This document shows, piece after piece, positions 1 to 9,305 of a stretch of DNA of 64,000 nt. The stretch's first letter is position 1. Every line of letters starts with the position of its first letter. The notes below the pieces were generated by a model. It did not search any database and was not told the DNA's origin. It saw only the letters and a list, made by a program, of their open reading frames with translations. The translations under genes were made by a program, and so were the position numbers. The stretch lies in sequence record NC_061445.1, one strand, 5' to 3'.

Positions 1-196
1 CAACCGTCACGTTAGCCAGAAGACTAATCGGGTACACTGAACCTGAACTCGGTGCGATATCCTTTTCTGTGGTGGCATCAGCAAACGTACCGCCAACAAC
101 ACGGAACGATAGCGTGTCAGTATGACTAGCGATAGTGATATCGTTTTGCCACGACTGAGCACCAGTAGCTGATACAACAGGAATCATTTCAGCCAT
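1..196 (-). CDS. Partial CDS running off the left edge; hypothetical, probably virion protein (MAEMIPVVSATGAQSWQNDITIASHTDT...)
   Basis: ATG at 196 with GAGGTG RBS; open frame to window edge (65 codons); absent from the ORF track because it is truncated. Confidence 0.75.
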   Translation of the reverse strand, partial: MAEMIPVVSATGAQSWQNDITIASHTDTLSFRVVGGTFADATTEKDIAPSSGSVYPISLLANVTV

Positions 197-220
197 TGTT
201 CACCTCACGATGCGGAAACT

Positions 221-245
221 AAAAAGGGCGCCCGAAGGCACCCTG
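221..245 (-). terminator. Rho-independent terminator
   Basis: Minus strand AGGGTGCC-TTCG-GGCGCCCT followed by TTTT, just after the stop of the 252-1430 gene. Confidence 0.8.
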
Positions 246-251
246 TGAGGA

Positions 252-1430
252 TTAGGCTCCGGCGCCTTCTGGGGCTTTATAGCCTTTCAGGAAGAAGATA
301 CGCATACCAGTGTTGTTCGGACTGTTAGCAGTCAGAGCTTTATAGGTACGCTTCTTCGGCGTGCTGCCGTCATCTTCCATTTCGTTGTACACCTGCACGT
401 CAATTTCGGTGCCGTTAGAAATAACGTCAGCAGACGCATAACCAACGATATCCATTTCGTACGGGTAGCTGTAACGCTGAGTGTTAAAGCCCGCAGGCAG
501 ACGGAAATCGAAGTGGTTATCTTCGGAGAACGGAACCATCTGATACGGGTTGATAACAGCAGAGCTATCAGCACTGTGTACGTGTGCTGGTGCTGGGATA
601 GTTGGCGCGTTCACGTCAGATTCACGCACGGTGAAGCGCATGATCTGGAATGAACCAGGGCTGTACGTTACTGGGCGCACTTCGATATCGTTGTTGATTG
701 AACCGCCACCGTTCACGCTGAACATACAGAACAGCGGAGCTTTGCCGTCAACGACAACAGTACCATCGGAGTTGATAGCACGTTGAACAACGAGCCACGC
801 AGCACGGCAACCATCAGAGTCACGACCTTCAACACCGATATGCAGAGCGAAGCCGTGGTCAGTGAAGGACAGGTGATACGTGAACGGAGTAGCTTCCGGG
901 TCAGCCCAAATCAGACTGTCTGGGTTAGTCTGACCTGCGGTGGCGGTGGTGGCGTTCGTTGGGTAAGCCATAGTACCACCGTAATAAACGGAGGTGTTTG
1001 GGCCCACGACACCACGATGATAGAAGCACACATCGTTATCGCCAGCAGCACCTTGGTTGCCAGTGAAACGCGCACCAATCTGACCAGCGTACTCAGGTAC
1101 ACCAGAAGCGTTGATAGCAGCAGAACCGGTCTTAGCAACAGTGCCTGTGTCAGAAATCTGCTCAGGTGCAGCACAGAACAGGTTAGTACGCTTCTCTGTA
1201 CCCTTCATCGCTAAACGCCAGCGTTGTTTACCAACACCAGTACCAGCCAGTGGGTCGATAGTAGCGGTAGCTTCTACGACGAACGACGCAAGGTCAGTCG
1301 TTGGCAGAGAGGACGCGATAGTTCCGTTGTAGCTCACCAGCTGGAAGCCGTTAGCGATCATGTCCTCAAGGATTGAACGCCACATCTTCAAGTTGCTGGT
1401 GAAACCAGATTTAACAATCAGTTTGTTCAT
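252..1430 (-). CDS. Putative virion structural protein (392 aa), paralog of the adjacent 328-aa gene
   Basis: Long ORF in structural cluster; shares blocks with 1450-2436 (TDHGxALHI, W.VVQR, PLF..FS..GGG, INP.Q.V, NTQRY.Y, D..GY.SADV, GMR). Confidence 0.7.
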   Translation of the reverse strand: MNKLIVKSGFTSNLKMWRSILEDMIANGFQLVSYNGTIASSLPTTDLASFVVEATATIDPLAGTGVGKQRWRLAMKGTEKRTNLFCAAPEQISDTGTVAKTGSAAINASGVPEYAGQIGARFTGNQGAAGDNDVCFYHRGVVGPNTSVYYGGTMAYPTNATTATAGQTNPDSLIWADPEATPFTYHLSFTDHGFALHIGVEGRDSDGCRAAWLVVQRAINSDGTVVVDGKAPLFCMFSVNGGGSINNDIEVRPVTYSPGSFQIMRFTVRESDVNAPTIPAPAHVHSADSSAVINPYQMVPFSEDNHFDFRLPAGFNTQRYSYPYEMDIVGYASADVISNGTEIDVQVYNEMEDDGSTPKKRTYKALTANSPNNTGMRIFFLKGYKAPEGAGA

Positions 1431-1449
1431 GAGTTGTTGTCCCCTTTAA

Positions 1450-2436
1450 TTAAGCCGCGTCGCCAGTGCCGATAGGAAGCATCAGACGCATACCACGGTT
1501 GTCTTTACCGTTAGCGTTCATGCCCAGGTATTTGGTTTTGTTCGTCGCTTTCAGAGGGTTCAACTGAACTTCTGAGCCAGCAGAGAGAACATCAGCAGAG
1601 GTGTAACCCAGCATGTCCAGTGTAGCGAAGTACACATAGCGCTGAGTGTTGATCATCTGCGGGAACAGAACGATAGCACGGTTGCCCTCTGCGATCATAA
1701 CCTGCTGGAGCGGGTTAATGATAGGTGCAGTGTCCGGAGTAGGCTGCACAGCAGACTTAGGCTCGGTAGCAGCGAAGATACCCTCTTCGATTACAGTGTA
1801 GCGCAGAGCAGCTTCTGGCTTGAGCGTATCAGGGTCGCCAGCAAGGCCGCCACCGCAAGAGAAGATAGCAAACAGCGGGCTATGATCGCCTGGGGTAGTA
1901 TCGCCAGCTTGTACGCCACGCTGAACAACGAACCAGCTAAACGCTGTACCTTTGTTGTCGAAACCTTCTGCGTTGATATGCAGAGCGATGCCGTGGTCGG
2001 TTGTGATGAAGTCATACGTCAGCGGGTAAGCAGACATATCAGCAGCAGCGTCCATCTTCCAGTCATTGACCAGATCGATGAAGAAGCCAGTCAGCAGACC
2101 GCCTTTAGACATACGGCCAACTTCTTCCGTTGCAGAGCGTTTCGCTGCGGAGTAGTCAGTGCTGTTTACCTGATTGTCAGGCAGCACGTTAACCGTCAAA
2201 GTTTTGTCTGAGTTGCTGGCAGACAGAATGATGCCCCACTTCTGGTTCTGATACAGAGGGTCAACAGAAGCAGAGGCCAGCAGATAGAAGGACTTAGCAG
2301 TCGGTCCTACGGTAGTTCCCGCTGCGCCATCGACGGCAACAAGCGAGAAGCCCGCAGTAATCATTCTGCTAACGAGGTCGCGGGTCAGTGCTTCAAGACC
2401 AACGAGCTTGGTAGCGTTTACACGTTGAATAGCCAT
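1450..2436 (-). CDS. Putative virion structural protein (328 aa), paralog of 252-1430
   Basis: Collinear motif sharing with the neighbouring gene; AAGGGG-type RBS context. Confidence 0.7.
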   Translation of the reverse strand: MAIQRVNATKLVGLEALTRDLVSRMITAGFSLVAVDGAAGTTVGPTAKSFYLLASASVDPLYQNQKWGIILSASNSDKTLTVNVLPDNQVNSTDYSAAKRSATEEVGRMSKGGLLTGFFIDLVNDWKMDAAADMSAYPLTYDFITTDHGIALHINAEGFDNKGTAFSWFVVQRGVQAGDTTPGDHSPLFAIFSCGGGLAGDPDTLKPEAALRYTVIEEGIFAATEPKSAVQPTPDTAPIINPLQQVMIAEGNRAIVLFPQMINTQRYVYFATLDMLGYTSADVLSAGSEVQLNPLKATNKTKYLGMNANGKDNRGMRLMLPIGTGDAA

Positions 2437-2443
2437 ATGGTTA

Positions 2444-3229
2444 TCACTCCATTACCAGATAGGTTACAGTGAGTTTCGGTTTCGACGGTGATGTACCGAT
2501 ATTCTTCATACGCCACGAAATAGTAGGCGTGTTGTCTCTGTTAGACAAGAAGCTGTATCGGCGCAGCTTACGGATGATTGGATTGCCTTCGCTATCCTCA
2601 TCAGTGAACACACCATCATCTTCGAGAAAATTAGCAGTGGAACGGAATATATACGGGTTTCTGTCATCGCGCAGTGAACTTTGATACGCGGTCAATTCCA
2701 CGTCAAAGGCATTGAGCGTAACTGAAAGCAGCATAACCGTTTTATTCATTGCCAGATCGAAGTCGAGTTGCTGGCCAGGGGTGATGTAGTTCTGGGCTTC
2801 GTACTCAACTGTCTTACGAACACCAGCCTGTTCATTACCACTCATATCAACCCAGAACATTGTACCGTTAGGACCAGACATGAGGGTCATACCCGCATAC
2901 TCAGGTTCAGGCACTTGCTTACTTGGGTCGAGGCCTACAATCGTCAGACCTGTCTCATCCACAGCAGTAACGAAAGGCGACTCGAATTTATATTCCGAGC
3001 CACCGAGTTTCGCTTCTTTCCACGTTACGTTGTCTTTACTGAGCTGGTAGATCTTGTCAGTCTCAGTAACGTAACACAACATCCCAGGCTTTTTGTTGCC
3101 TACAGACATTGCATCACGATCAGCCATAGTAGCAAGACAACGCATACCCCCTCGAAGATACTTGTCTTCAAGGAGGTATGGAAGTGCTGCGGATGCTGGC
3201 AACAGGAACGAAGTCATGTTAACCGGCAT
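2444..3229 (-). CDS. Putative tail-fibre-associated/virion protein (261 aa)
   Basis: N-terminal GG...RDA....KPGMLCYVTETDKIYQL..W segment of a type often seen in phage fibre proteins; position in the fibre cluster. Confidence 0.5.
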   Translation of the reverse strand: MPVNMTSFLLPASAALPYLLEDKYLRGGMRCLATMADRDAMSVGNKKPGMLCYVTETDKIYQLSKDNVTWKEAKLGGSEYKFESPFVTAVDETGLTIVGLDPSKQVPEPEYAGMTLMSGPNGTMFWVDMSGNEQAGVRKTVEYEAQNYITPGQQLDFDLAMNKTVMLLSVTLNAFDVELTAYQSSLRDDRNPYIFRSTANFLEDDGVFTDEDSEGNPIIRKLRRYSFLSNRDNTPTISWRMKNIGTSPSKPKLTVTYLVME

Positions 3230-3239
3230 CTCTTTCTCC

Positions 3240-6200
3240 TTACGCGATACCTGAACCAGGGTTGCTAGAACCGTAGGTCAGTTTAAACGTATAAGCCAGA
3301 CTATCAAACGGGAAGTCGTTACGATAGATAACGTAATCGACACCGTTGATCTGAACTTCGGCAGGACCAGCAAAGTTGAAGTCATCGAACTCCAACGCAC
3401 CATCCCATGAACCAGCAAAGCCCTGCACTGACTCAACGAAGTAACCATAGCCCAGAGACTTAGGCCACGCAACGTAGAAGAACACGTTGTTCGTTGACGT
3501 ACTGGTATTGCCCGGACAGTTCAGGAGCTGTTGACCGCTCGTGGTCAATGCAGTTTGCAGACCCTGCACGAACGCTGCATCATAACCGCTAACAGACTTG
3601 ATCTTAGTGTGAGAGCCGAAGCGAGCACCCAAGTCAGAGGACTGTTGTGGTTTGAGCGTAACGTCTTTCGTCGCAGTGACAGTCTTACCATTCTTAACGA
3701 AGGTAACAGTGATAGTCACCACAGCGTCAGCAGTAACAGCGTCAGACTTCAACGAGCCACCAGTAACGCTCAGGCCGGTTGCTGTACCAGACTTCACAGC
3801 CACTGCCCACGTTGTACCGCTGTCAGCAGTCACGTCAGGCGTAGTGCCGTCGGACAGTGTAGCAGTCGCAGTGTATGCAGTTGTAACGCCACCGATAACA
3901 GAAGCTGGACCAGTGATAGTCACAGAATCAGGCGTCGGAGGAGCTGGCGTGTTTGTCACAGTCAGCGTTGCAGTCTGAGACTGACCGCCAAACGATGCAG
4001 TACCAGTGATGATTGCGGTCTGCGTAGTGCTCACAGTGTTACCCACAATCGTGTTGTTGCCTGGGTACGTAAACGCTGTAGTCGAACCAGAGCTACGTGT
4101 GATAACAGGCGTCAGGTCTGTCGTCGTGTTGTCAGAGAACGTCAGGCGAAGAATGTACGTACCAGTCTCACCTTTGTTCACAGCAGTCGGACCAATCAGC
4201 TCACGTTTAGTGATGGTTGCAGCCTGATTGATAATCTGGATGACTTTCTCTGGTGCATACGTCTGACCATCAACAACCACAGCAGCCGCGCGAAGCGTAG
4301 CAGTCTGGTTCTGCGTGATGGAGTTCGGTGCGGAAGTCAGCTTCACGCGAGTTGAAGTTGAACCCACAGACAACGTAACGTAAGCAGCGCCCTGAGGCAG
4401 TGACCACGTAGGCAGAGAAGCGTATTCGTTCACAGCACCCGAAAGGCGAGTAACGCGGACGAAGTAGTCGCCAGACACAGTACCCTCAGTGATGGATGAG
4501 TCGCCGATAATCTCGACAGTGCTCACATCATCAGTAGGACCAACAACGGTGAACTGCACGTTACCTGTCTTAGAGACAGAGTTAACAGTAGCAGCAACGT
4601 TAAGCTGGAACGTCAGAGTACCGAAGAAACCGCTGAGTGCTTTCTTAGTGCGAATGCGCCAGCCGGTCGTGCCGCCAGCAACGATCTCAAAGTATTCTTG
4701 AGCCGCAGTTGACAGCGTATAGGACAGTTCACTGCTTGTACCCTCACGAGTAGTAGAGTCAGAGAACGTCAGGATGCTATGCAGGTCACGCGTCACACCG
4801 ACAGCAGTGCCGAAGTCGTACACAGGCGATGGCGCTTGTGGTTGAACAGACAGCAGACTTATAACGATGATGTTCTTAACCAGCACGGACTTCTGAGCGC
4901 TACGCCCGTCGTAAGTCGCACGAATCAGAACGGTTGTGTCCTGAGTCACTTCACCAGCAGACAAGATACCGGTTTGTGCGATGCTTGCGATTGCGCTACC
5001 CTGAATCACAGACCACGTAGGCGCAGACACTTGACGCTCTGAACTATCAGAAAGAATTTCCCACGCAGTGAATTGTGCAGTGGTGTTTTCGTTCATCGAG
5101 TCTTGACCACGAACTTCCAGCGATACCACAGTCGGCGGGTTGCCAACAATAGACACAGCCTGAGTTGTAGTCTTCGTGATACCGTTCTCGGTATACGATG
5201 CGTAGATCGTCACGCTGGTGGTAGCGATAGGCACTGCACCAACAATCAGCTCTGAGTTGCTGAACGTCGCGTACTGAGAAGCCTGCTGCAAACGGAAGTC
5301 GTTCGGACTAATCGTTGCAGTGTGACCGTCAGAGTAAGTAGCCAGCACGGTGTAAGGCGTGGTGGTATTCTCTTGTACGGACGTCGGGCCGATGATCTTA
5401 ATGCTCGACAGGTCAACGACAGGTACAACGTTTACGATAGTGATATCGAGCGTTGCAGTCTTCGTGATACCGTTCTCCGTGTACGTTGCAGACAGCTTCA
5501 CAGGAATGTCAGAAGACACTTTACCTGCGTTAACAGTCTTGTTCACGATGGTTACGATATCAACCCGGTCAGAGGTAAACGTTGCAGGGTCAACCAGCTT
5601 CGTTGTACCGTCAGAGTAAGTAGCAAGGAAGGTGTAGTTAGCACTTTCTTCACTGCGAATTGTGTTCGCACCCTGAATGGCCAGAGAGGACAGAGTAACA
5701 GCAACGTTCTCTTTGAGAATCGTCACGTTCTTGCTGCCGGTAACTGTCTGGTCTGCCGTGATGTACGTTGCAGTCAGAACGATCTGACGGTCCTGCGTTG
5801 TCTCTTTACGCGCAGTCACCACGTTACCACTCACAGTGGTGTACGTTGTAGGCACAGCAACGAAAGAGTTCGGCGTGATCATTTCAGTGTCGCCGTTAGA
5901 CCAAGTGATCTTGAACGTATACGACTCGCTGGTCTGAGATGCGATGGTAGCAGAACCCAGCACTTCAAGCAGCGTGATCAACTGAGCCTTAACAGTGACG
6001 TTCTTCGTCGCAGTAAAGGTCAGGCCGTTGTAGACGTAGGTGGCAGTCAGTTTAACCACAGTGTCTGTAGCAACTTTCTTACCGGTACCTTGCAGACCCA
6101 CGAGGTCAAGTGCGTTTGCGTTATCAACCACGAAGTTCGTAGGCATGATAGTCGCAACGTTACCAGACTTGTAACGCGCTGTCACAGTGTAGGTTTCTTT

Positions 6201-7250
6201 CTGCTTGAAGAACAGCGAACCAGTACCAACGATAGCGATAGACACCAGCTCGTCGTCAGGAATGAATGCGTTCTTAATCAGCAGGTCGTAGGTGGCAGTC
6301 ACCCAGTTACCGTACACAGGGTCACGCTTACGTGCAGTCACACGCAGCACAACGTCAGCAGCGAGGTCAGGCGCAGACACAGTACCGTCTTGCGTGATAG
6401 TCACACCGATAACGTTCTCTTCGATGGACCATTCAACACCACTCGGGTCGTGCTCAATGCTGTTTGACCATTCAGCGTCGATGTTCAGTTTGACGCTACT
6501 GTTATCCGACATGTAGCTGGCATTGCCCGGAAGGCTGATGCGCAGATTCATCAGGTGAGGAGATTCCCACTCGACGTTATCAGCAGAAGGCTTAACCCAC
6601 TTGCCGATATACTTGTTCGGGTTAGCAGGGTCCTGATCGACGATTGCCAGAACATACCCAGGCTGAGGTTCGTTTGAGCTTGCGACTTCAACGAATGCCA
6701 GAGTGTTCAGACGAATCATGGTACGCGCATAATCAGGGTGATCGTGATTAGTCGGGTAACGCGCATCGCTCATACGTGGGTCAGAGCTTGACACAGCGAT
6801 AGGCAGATCAGGGTTAGCAGGTTCTGTCTTCGTAACGATGCTACCAAGACGGCTGGTGGTCGCGTGTGCGATTTCCAGATCACCTACATCAATACCCAGG
6901 TCAGCAGCGTTCTCTACAACGCGACGGAAGAACTGCTTCTGGCTAAACAACTGCGCGTAGTCAGTCACGGTTACCCATGAGCCACGGTGGTTGCCGTCAG
7001 ACACAGCAGAGGTACGACGCAGCACATACTGGTACTGAGGGCTACCAGTGTTAGCGTCAATCCAAATCAGGTTGTACGGCTTTTCAGAAAACGATGGCTC
7101 AGTCATCGACACAACAACCTGATGCACTTCCGTTTGATCGTTCGCGTTAGGACGGAACAAGAAAGTGATAGGGTTGCGTGGCGTCAGACCGCGAGTACGA
7201 GCCAGACCGATATACTGTTTAGCAAAGCCGTCGATCGTGGTTACGCTCAT
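3240..7250 (-). CDS. Ig-like-repeat tail fibre / virion surface protein (1336 aa)
   Basis: About ten ~95-aa Thr/Val-rich beta repeats starting L.SI.I.G..S......YT..ATYSDG; shared N- and C-terminal domains with neighbours. Confidence 0.8.
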   Translation of the reverse strand: MSVTTIDGFAKQYIGLARTRGLTPRNPITFLFRPNANDQTEVHQVVVSMTEPSFSEKPYNLIWIDANTGSPQYQYVLRRTSAVSDGNHRGSWVTVTDYAQLFSQKQFFRRVVENAADLGIDVGDLEIAHATTSRLGSIVTKTEPANPDLPIAVSSSDPRMSDARYPTNHDHPDYARTMIRLNTLAFVEVASSNEPQPGYVLAIVDQDPANPNKYIGKWVKPSADNVEWESPHLMNLRISLPGNASYMSDNSSVKLNIDAEWSNSIEHDPSGVEWSIEENVIGVTITQDGTVSAPDLAADVVLRVTARKRDPVYGNWVTATYDLLIKNAFIPDDELVSIAIVGTGSLFFKQKETYTVTARYKSGNVATIMPTNFVVDNANALDLVGLQGTGKKVATDTVVKLTATYVYNGLTFTATKNVTVKAQLITLLEVLGSATIASQTSESYTFKITWSNGDTEMITPNSFVAVPTTYTTVSGNVVTARKETTQDRQIVLTATYITADQTVTGSKNVTILKENVAVTLSSLAIQGANTIRSEESANYTFLATYSDGTTKLVDPATFTSDRVDIVTIVNKTVNAGKVSSDIPVKLSATYTENGITKTATLDITIVNVVPVVDLSSIKIIGPTSVQENTTTPYTVLATYSDGHTATISPNDFRLQQASQYATFSNSELIVGAVPIATTSVTIYASYTENGITKTTTQAVSIVGNPPTVVSLEVRGQDSMNENTTAQFTAWEILSDSSERQVSAPTWSVIQGSAIASIAQTGILSAGEVTQDTTVLIRATYDGRSAQKSVLVKNIIVISLLSVQPQAPSPVYDFGTAVGVTRDLHSILTFSDSTTREGTSSELSYTLSTAAQEYFEIVAGGTTGWRIRTKKALSGFFGTLTFQLNVAATVNSVSKTGNVQFTVVGPTDDVSTVEIIGDSSITEGTVSGDYFVRVTRLSGAVNEYASLPTWSLPQGAAYVTLSVGSTSTRVKLTSAPNSITQNQTATLRAAAVVVDGQTYAPEKVIQIINQAATITKRELIGPTAVNKGETGTYILRLTFSDNTTTDLTPVITRSSGSTTAFTYPGNNTIVGNTVSTTQTAIITGTASFGGQSQTATLTVTNTPAPPTPDSVTITGPASVIGGVTTAYTATATLSDGTTPDVTADSGTTWAVAVKSGTATGLSVTGGSLKSDAVTADAVVTITVTFVKNGKTVTATKDVTLKPQQSSDLGARFGSHTKIKSVSGYDAAFVQGLQTALTTSGQQLLNCPGNTSTSTNNVFFYVAWPKSLGYGYFVESVQGFAGSWDGALEFDDFNFAGPAEVQINGVDYVIYRNDFPFDSLAYTFKLTYGSSNPGSGIA

Positions 7251-7879
7251 TCATTATTCTCCAGAATGTCGGTCGCAATCAGATGGCCGTAAGACGCTTT
7301 CACTGACGTATCGGCAATGAAGGTAGAACCATTGTCGCCTACATCTGCGTCCATGTTCACTTTGTCCTGCACAGTCTTCACTTCCACCAGAGGTTTCTCT
7401 GGGTGCATTTCATCGTGAGGCAGCGGGGTACGCTTGTCAGTGTTACGTGGGTCAGATACAGACACGAACGTAGGACGACCGACAGTAGCGGGTTCAGTAG
7501 TCAGGCGAGCGATACCATACGTGTCCATAGACGCATTAGGAATCTCGTCACCGCCACTGATATCCGATGGATCGTAATACTGAGGCGCCCAGAGTGAGTT
7601 GAAGTTCTTCACTTCTTCCCATGTATTCTGGAATCCACCAGCAGGTGTTTTAGACTTACGTGCAAGGAAACGTCGATAGTAAACGCTGTTCACTTCCATG
7701 CAAAGCCACACAACGTTCATCGGTAACACGACACCTTCTGGTTCAGCAGAGGCAACGATGAACGTACAACTGATGTTGAGTGTAGGGTTAATCTGACGGG
7801 TGATTTGGTCTTTCGACGTATCATCCATAAAACCCGTAACAGCCAACAGAGCAGCAGCGATATCATTCAGTGTAGTCAT
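7247..7879 (-). CDS. Virion protein (210 aa; start corrected to MTTLND), paralog of the fibre N-terminal domain
   Basis: ACGGAG RBS before ATG 7879; upstream gene stops at 7890; shares EP...P.N..W, W..V, A.....G......EP, S.SDPR..D.R.P..H. Confidence 0.7.
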   Translation of the reverse strand: MTTLNDIAAALLAVTGFMDDTSKDQITRQINPTLNISCTFIVASAEPEGVVLPMNVVWLCMEVNSVYYRRFLARKSKTPAGGFQNTWEEVKNFNSLWAPQYYDPSDISGGDEIPNASMDTYGIARLTTEPATVGRPTFVSVSDPRNTDKRTPLPHDEMHPEKPLVEVKTVQDKVNMDADVGDNGSTFIADTSVKASYGHLIATDILENNE

Positions 7880-7889
7880 AACCGCTCCG

Positions 7890-8528
7890 TTAATCAGCAG
7901 GTTGGCCGAGTTCAGATTCACGCACCTTACGCCATTGAAGCGTATTGTCTTCAAGTACCATTACCTGATTCACAGCAGGAACCAGCTGGTCTTTGATTGG
8001 TACGTGTTCTTCACCGTAGCTACCGTTGATAGAAATCATAGTAGCAGGCTTCTCAGCGTGGGTGTGGTCTTTTGGATCACGGTTGTTTGTCAGCGTTTCA
8101 TCGCCTTCCATCACAGCGCGAGATTCAGCTTCTGGATATGACAGATAGCCTACACCACGAGTGATTGCAGTTGCCAATGGAGGCAGCGCACGGTTGATGA
8201 TCTGCAAATCGTTCGGGTCATACGTCTGTTCTTCCATAGCATCGTCATAGAAGTACAGCGCAGTCCAAACATCTTTGTACGGGTCAGCCAGGTCTTTCGT
8301 TGTGCGCTTGAACGCAGTGCGGAAAGTAGGCGACTCAGGGTTGTAATCAATCCAGATCGCATTGACCGGAAGGACTACATAACGCGGAGCTGCATACGAG
8401 CAGTAGAACAACAGACCCAACTGCGAACCATCTTTGGGTAGACGGAACGTGATTGGGTTTTTGTTCTGCTGGTGGATATTCGTAATCAACTCAACGTTAC
8501 TGATGAACTGTTCAAGTTTCAGTTCCAT
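7890..8528 (-). CDS. Virion protein (212 aa), paralog of the fibre N-terminal domain
   Basis: Shares NPITF, LP.N.IWID.N..SP, AT....G, R.P..H.H.EKP motifs with 3240-7250 and 7247-7879. Confidence 0.7.
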   Translation of the reverse strand: MELKLEQFISNVELITNIHQQNKNPITFRLPKDGSQLGLLFYCSYAAPRYVVLPVNAIWIDYNPESPTFRTAFKRTTKDLADPYKDVWTALYFYDDAMEEQTYDPNDLQIINRALPPLATAITRGVGYLSYPEAESRAVMEGDETLTNNRDPKDHTHAEKPATMISINGSYGEEHVPIKDQLVPAVNQVMVLEDNTLQWRKVRESELGQPAD

Positions 8529-8558
8529 TGTGTTCTCCGTTTACCAGAAGCGGTGATT

Positions 8559-8566
8559 AAAATTAT
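8559..8566 (-). promoter_or_regulatory. Class-L (late-type) motif variant ATAATTTT
   Basis: 31 nt upstream of the 8528 start; overlaps the upstream stop codon. Confidence 0.4.
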
Positions 8567-9258
8567 ACAGGGTCGCCTGACTTAGGACTGGTAGAGCCGT
8601 ATTTAATACGGAATACATAGTCGAGACTATCGAACGGGAAGTCATTGCGATAGACAACATAATCAAAGCCACCGAGACTTACCTCCGCAGCGCCTTCAAA
8701 GTTGAAGTCGTTAAACTCCATAGCGCCGTCCCATGAGCCAGAGAACCCTTGAGCTGTCTCTTGGAAATATCCATAGAGTAAACGCTTAGGCCAGGCCACA
8801 TAGAAGAAGCGATTGTTATCAGACGTTGATTCGTTTGGAGGACAAGTGATAAGCTGAGGACTCGACTCACCGAGAACGGTTGTCAGAGAACGGAAGAAGG
8901 TATCGTTGTAGTCCTGTAGCGATAGCACTTTATCGTGTACGCCAAATCGAGGACCGTATTCACCGCTGAATGGCACAGACACACGCACCTTGTTCGACGT
9001 GGCATTCAATGTCGTGCTGACGTTGTACGCCTTAGCAACGAGATCGTGTTCACCTGTATCGAAAGGCAGAGTGAAGTCGAAGTATGCGCTGGTGCCAGTA
9101 GTCGGCATGTCAAGCGTCTTGAGTACCACACCCGCAGCGTTCTCAATCTGGAGTGTGCCACGCAAAGGCGGGTTATCCATAGCGACCAAGAAGCGCAGTT
9201 GTTTGCTACGCAGCGAGAAGCAGTATTCCAAGTTACCTTGAATAGACAAAGTAAGCAT
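8563..9258 (-). CDS. Virion protein (231 aa) whose C-terminal domain is homologous to the fibre C-terminal domain
   Basis: FFYVAWPK.L.YGYF.E..QGF.GSWDGA.EF.DFNF...AEV...G.DYV.YRNDFPFDSL is shared with the end of 3240-7250. Confidence 0.75.
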   Translation of the reverse strand: MLTLSIQGNLEYCFSLRSKQLRFLVAMDNPPLRGTLQIENAAGVVLKTLDMPTTGTSAYFDFTLPFDTGEHDLVAKAYNVSTTLNATSNKVRVSVPFSGEYGPRFGVHDKVLSLQDYNDTFFRSLTTVLGESSPQLITCPPNESTSDNNRFFYVAWPKRLLYGYFQETAQGFSGSWDGAMEFNDFNFEGAAEVSLGGFDYVVYRNDFPFDSLDYVFRIKYGSTSPKSGDPV

Positions 9259-9274
9259 AGAACCTCACAATACG

Positions 9275-9300
9275 AAAAGAGGAGGACCGAAGCCCTCCTC
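9275..9300 (-). terminator. Rho-independent terminator after tail sheath gene
   Basis: GAGGAGGGC-TTCG-GTCCTCCTC-TTTT. Confidence 0.85.
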
Positions 9301-9305
9301 ATTGA

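Noticed and set aside
3240-9258. Diversity-generating retroelement (template/variable repeat) explanation for the duplicated fibre C-terminal domain
   Set aside because: Both copies are intact ORFs diverged at all base types rather than only at adenines, and no reverse transcriptase is present in the window
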